Made by a program: the position numbers and the translations under genes
Shown: positions 26,656 through 27,759 of the stretch, piece by piece
Numbering within the stretch: position 1 is the first letter of the stretch
Layout of the letters: every line of letters begins with the position of its first letter
Notes under the pieces: model-generated
Databases searched by the model: none
The model's input: the letters and a program-made list of their open reading frames with translations, nothing else
Told to the model about the DNA's origin: nothing
Assembly (NCBI GenBank): GCA_049700215.1
Contig: JBNAVT010000016.1
Coordinates: forward strand, 19,852 to 47,610
Source: Thermoproteota archaeon
GTDB lineage: Archaea; Thermoproteota; EX4484-205; JAAOZP01
Length of the DNA: 27,759 bases
Direction: 5' to 3'

Positions 26656-26752
26656 ATCTATGTAACGGCTTTTGGTTTTTCAGTATTTTACTCGCATCCC
26701 GATTTTCGTATTCTTGAAAGTTTTGAAATAGATTTTCTATAAGAAAATATTG

Positions 26753-26774
26753 AAAAAACGCGCGCGCGTTTTTT
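26753..26774. repeat. Perfect 22-bp palindrome A6-(CG)5-T6
   Basis: AAAAAACGCGCGCGCGTTTTTT read directly from the sequence. Confidence 0.85.
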
Positions 26775-26876
26775 ATGAATTTTTACCTTCATATCAACTG
26801 GCAAGATTGAAAGAGTTTTGGAAAAACAATAAGGACATAAAGAATGTTTATATAATACAATTCGGAGGAATGCCCT

Positions 26877-27759
26877 ATGAACTCTTGGGAAAGAGTCGTA
26901 AAAGCTATGCAGCTTTCAGCATCCGATAGGATTCCAATCTATGAGATGCACATTCCTCCTAAAATATCTTCAGTAATATTGAATAAGAACGTGAATGAAA
27001 TCATGTACGCTAATACCGAGGCCTTCTATAACCTGATAGTTTCAAAGGCAGAGATTAACCTGGATAGGTTGAATGCGCAAGTGGCAGAGGAACAGTTGAC
27101 CCTTTACAAGAAGCTTGGGTTAGATTGGATAAGAGTTGGCGGAGCCTACACCGGCGTTCCAAAGAATGTTAAAAAGCTTGAGGATAACGTGTGGCAGGTT
27201 AATGGCGGACGCTATAAATGGATAGGAGACACAGCCTGGTTTCTGGATGAGCCGAAAGAATACGATCCGGACGAGGTAATAAGGGCTTGCAAGAATAGCA
27301 GTATAAGGGTGAACACTAGTGTTTACGACATATTGAGGCGGATTTCTAAAAAAGTTAAGGGCGAGGTCTTTCTATCCTTTGACGCAGACGGAACTTGGGG
27401 GCCAATAGTTTCAAATCCAAATCTGCTTAAGCATGTTCTCGTCTGGGCGTATAGAAGACCTGATGCTGTTGAAGCCCTGATCAACTATCATACTAAAATT
27501 GCAATAGAATACGGGAAGCATGCAATTGATGAGGGCGCTGATGCGATTCAGCTCTGCGTTGACTATGGTAATAAAAATGGTCCTTGGCTTTCTCCACCGA
27601 TGTTCAGAAGATTCGTGAAACCGGCTTTAGAGAGGCATGTGAACGAATTCAGAAGAAAAGGGGCTTTTGTAGTGGTTCATTCAGACGGTTATATCATGCC
27701 GCTGCTGGGCGATATGGTGGATGCAGGGATTAATGCCTACCAGGGCATAGATATAATAG
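26877..27759 (+). CDS. Uroporphyrinogen decarboxylase / MtaA-CmuA methyltransferase superfamily protein (truncated by the window end; absent from the ORF track)
   Basis: Manual translation: MNSWERVVKAMQLSASDRIPIYE...KKLGLD...IDEGADAIQLCVDYGNKNGPWLSPPMFRRFVKP...VVHSDGYIMPLL.DMVDAGINAYQGID. TTTATATA at 26847-26854 and Shine-Dalgarno GGAGG at 26864-26868. Confidence 0.88.
   Translation, partial: MNSWERVVKAMQLSASDRIPIYEMHIPPKISSVILNKNVNEIMYANTEAFYNLIVSKAEINLDRLNAQVAEEQLTLYKKLGLDWIRVGGAYTGVPKNVKKLEDNVWQVNGGRYKWIGDTAWFLDEPKEYDPDEVIRACKNSSIRVNTSVYDILRRISKKVKGEVFLSFDADGTWGPIVSNPNLLKHVLVWAYRRPDAVEALINYHTKIAIEYGKHAIDEGADAIQLCVDYGNKNGPWLSPPMFRRFVKPALERHVNEFRRKGAFVVVHSDGYIMPLLGDMVDAGINAYQGIDII

Noticed and set aside
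26695-26813. A true CRISPR array
   Set aside because: Only one repeat-like unit. The upstream TTGAAAG (26714-26720) shares little else and the spacing is not periodic.
26185-26876. Canonical archaeal replication origin
   Set aside because: AT-rich with repeats, but no ORB consensus (TCCA..GAAA with a G-string) and no cdc6/orc1 gene in the window.

Overview
This is a gene-dense archaeal chromosomal window. TATA boxes sit about 25 nt upstream of several start codons, and it carries TrmB, Lhr and TtuA-like genes; a thermophilic TACK-type lineage is my inference only. The left part is housekeeping or metabolic: ThuA-like, EamA, a SpoIIM fusion, a bacterial-type class I GAPDH and a TtuA-like sulfurtransferase. 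The centre (about 5.7-21.4 kb) is a glycan/lipid-carrier locus: GT4, TrmB fused to a nuclease-fold domain, a sugar nucleotidyltransferase, a DHH phosphoesterase, UppP/BacA, a GT-C-type membrane glycosyltransferase, a DPPR-synthase-like UbiA and a DUF4432 epimerase. Its centrepiece is a 1792-aa membrane protein. It appears to join an extracellular GH2 beta-mannosidase-like module lacking both catalytic glutamates, a MacB/FtsX permease and a C-terminal CARF-like Rossmann domain, and is the best candidate for an undescribed glycan-sensing, transport or signalling system. The right part holds a membrane-anchored DJ-1/PfpI, an Lhr helicase, a secreted hypothetical gene with a perfect operator-like inverted repeat and a decayed flavin-reductase pseudogene. 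It ends with a ~690-bp AT-rich non-coding region (repeated palindromes, CG tracts, one CRISPR-repeat-like 24-mer) and a URO-D/MtaA-family gene cut by the window edge. All family calls come from motif recognition by eye; no database searches were run.
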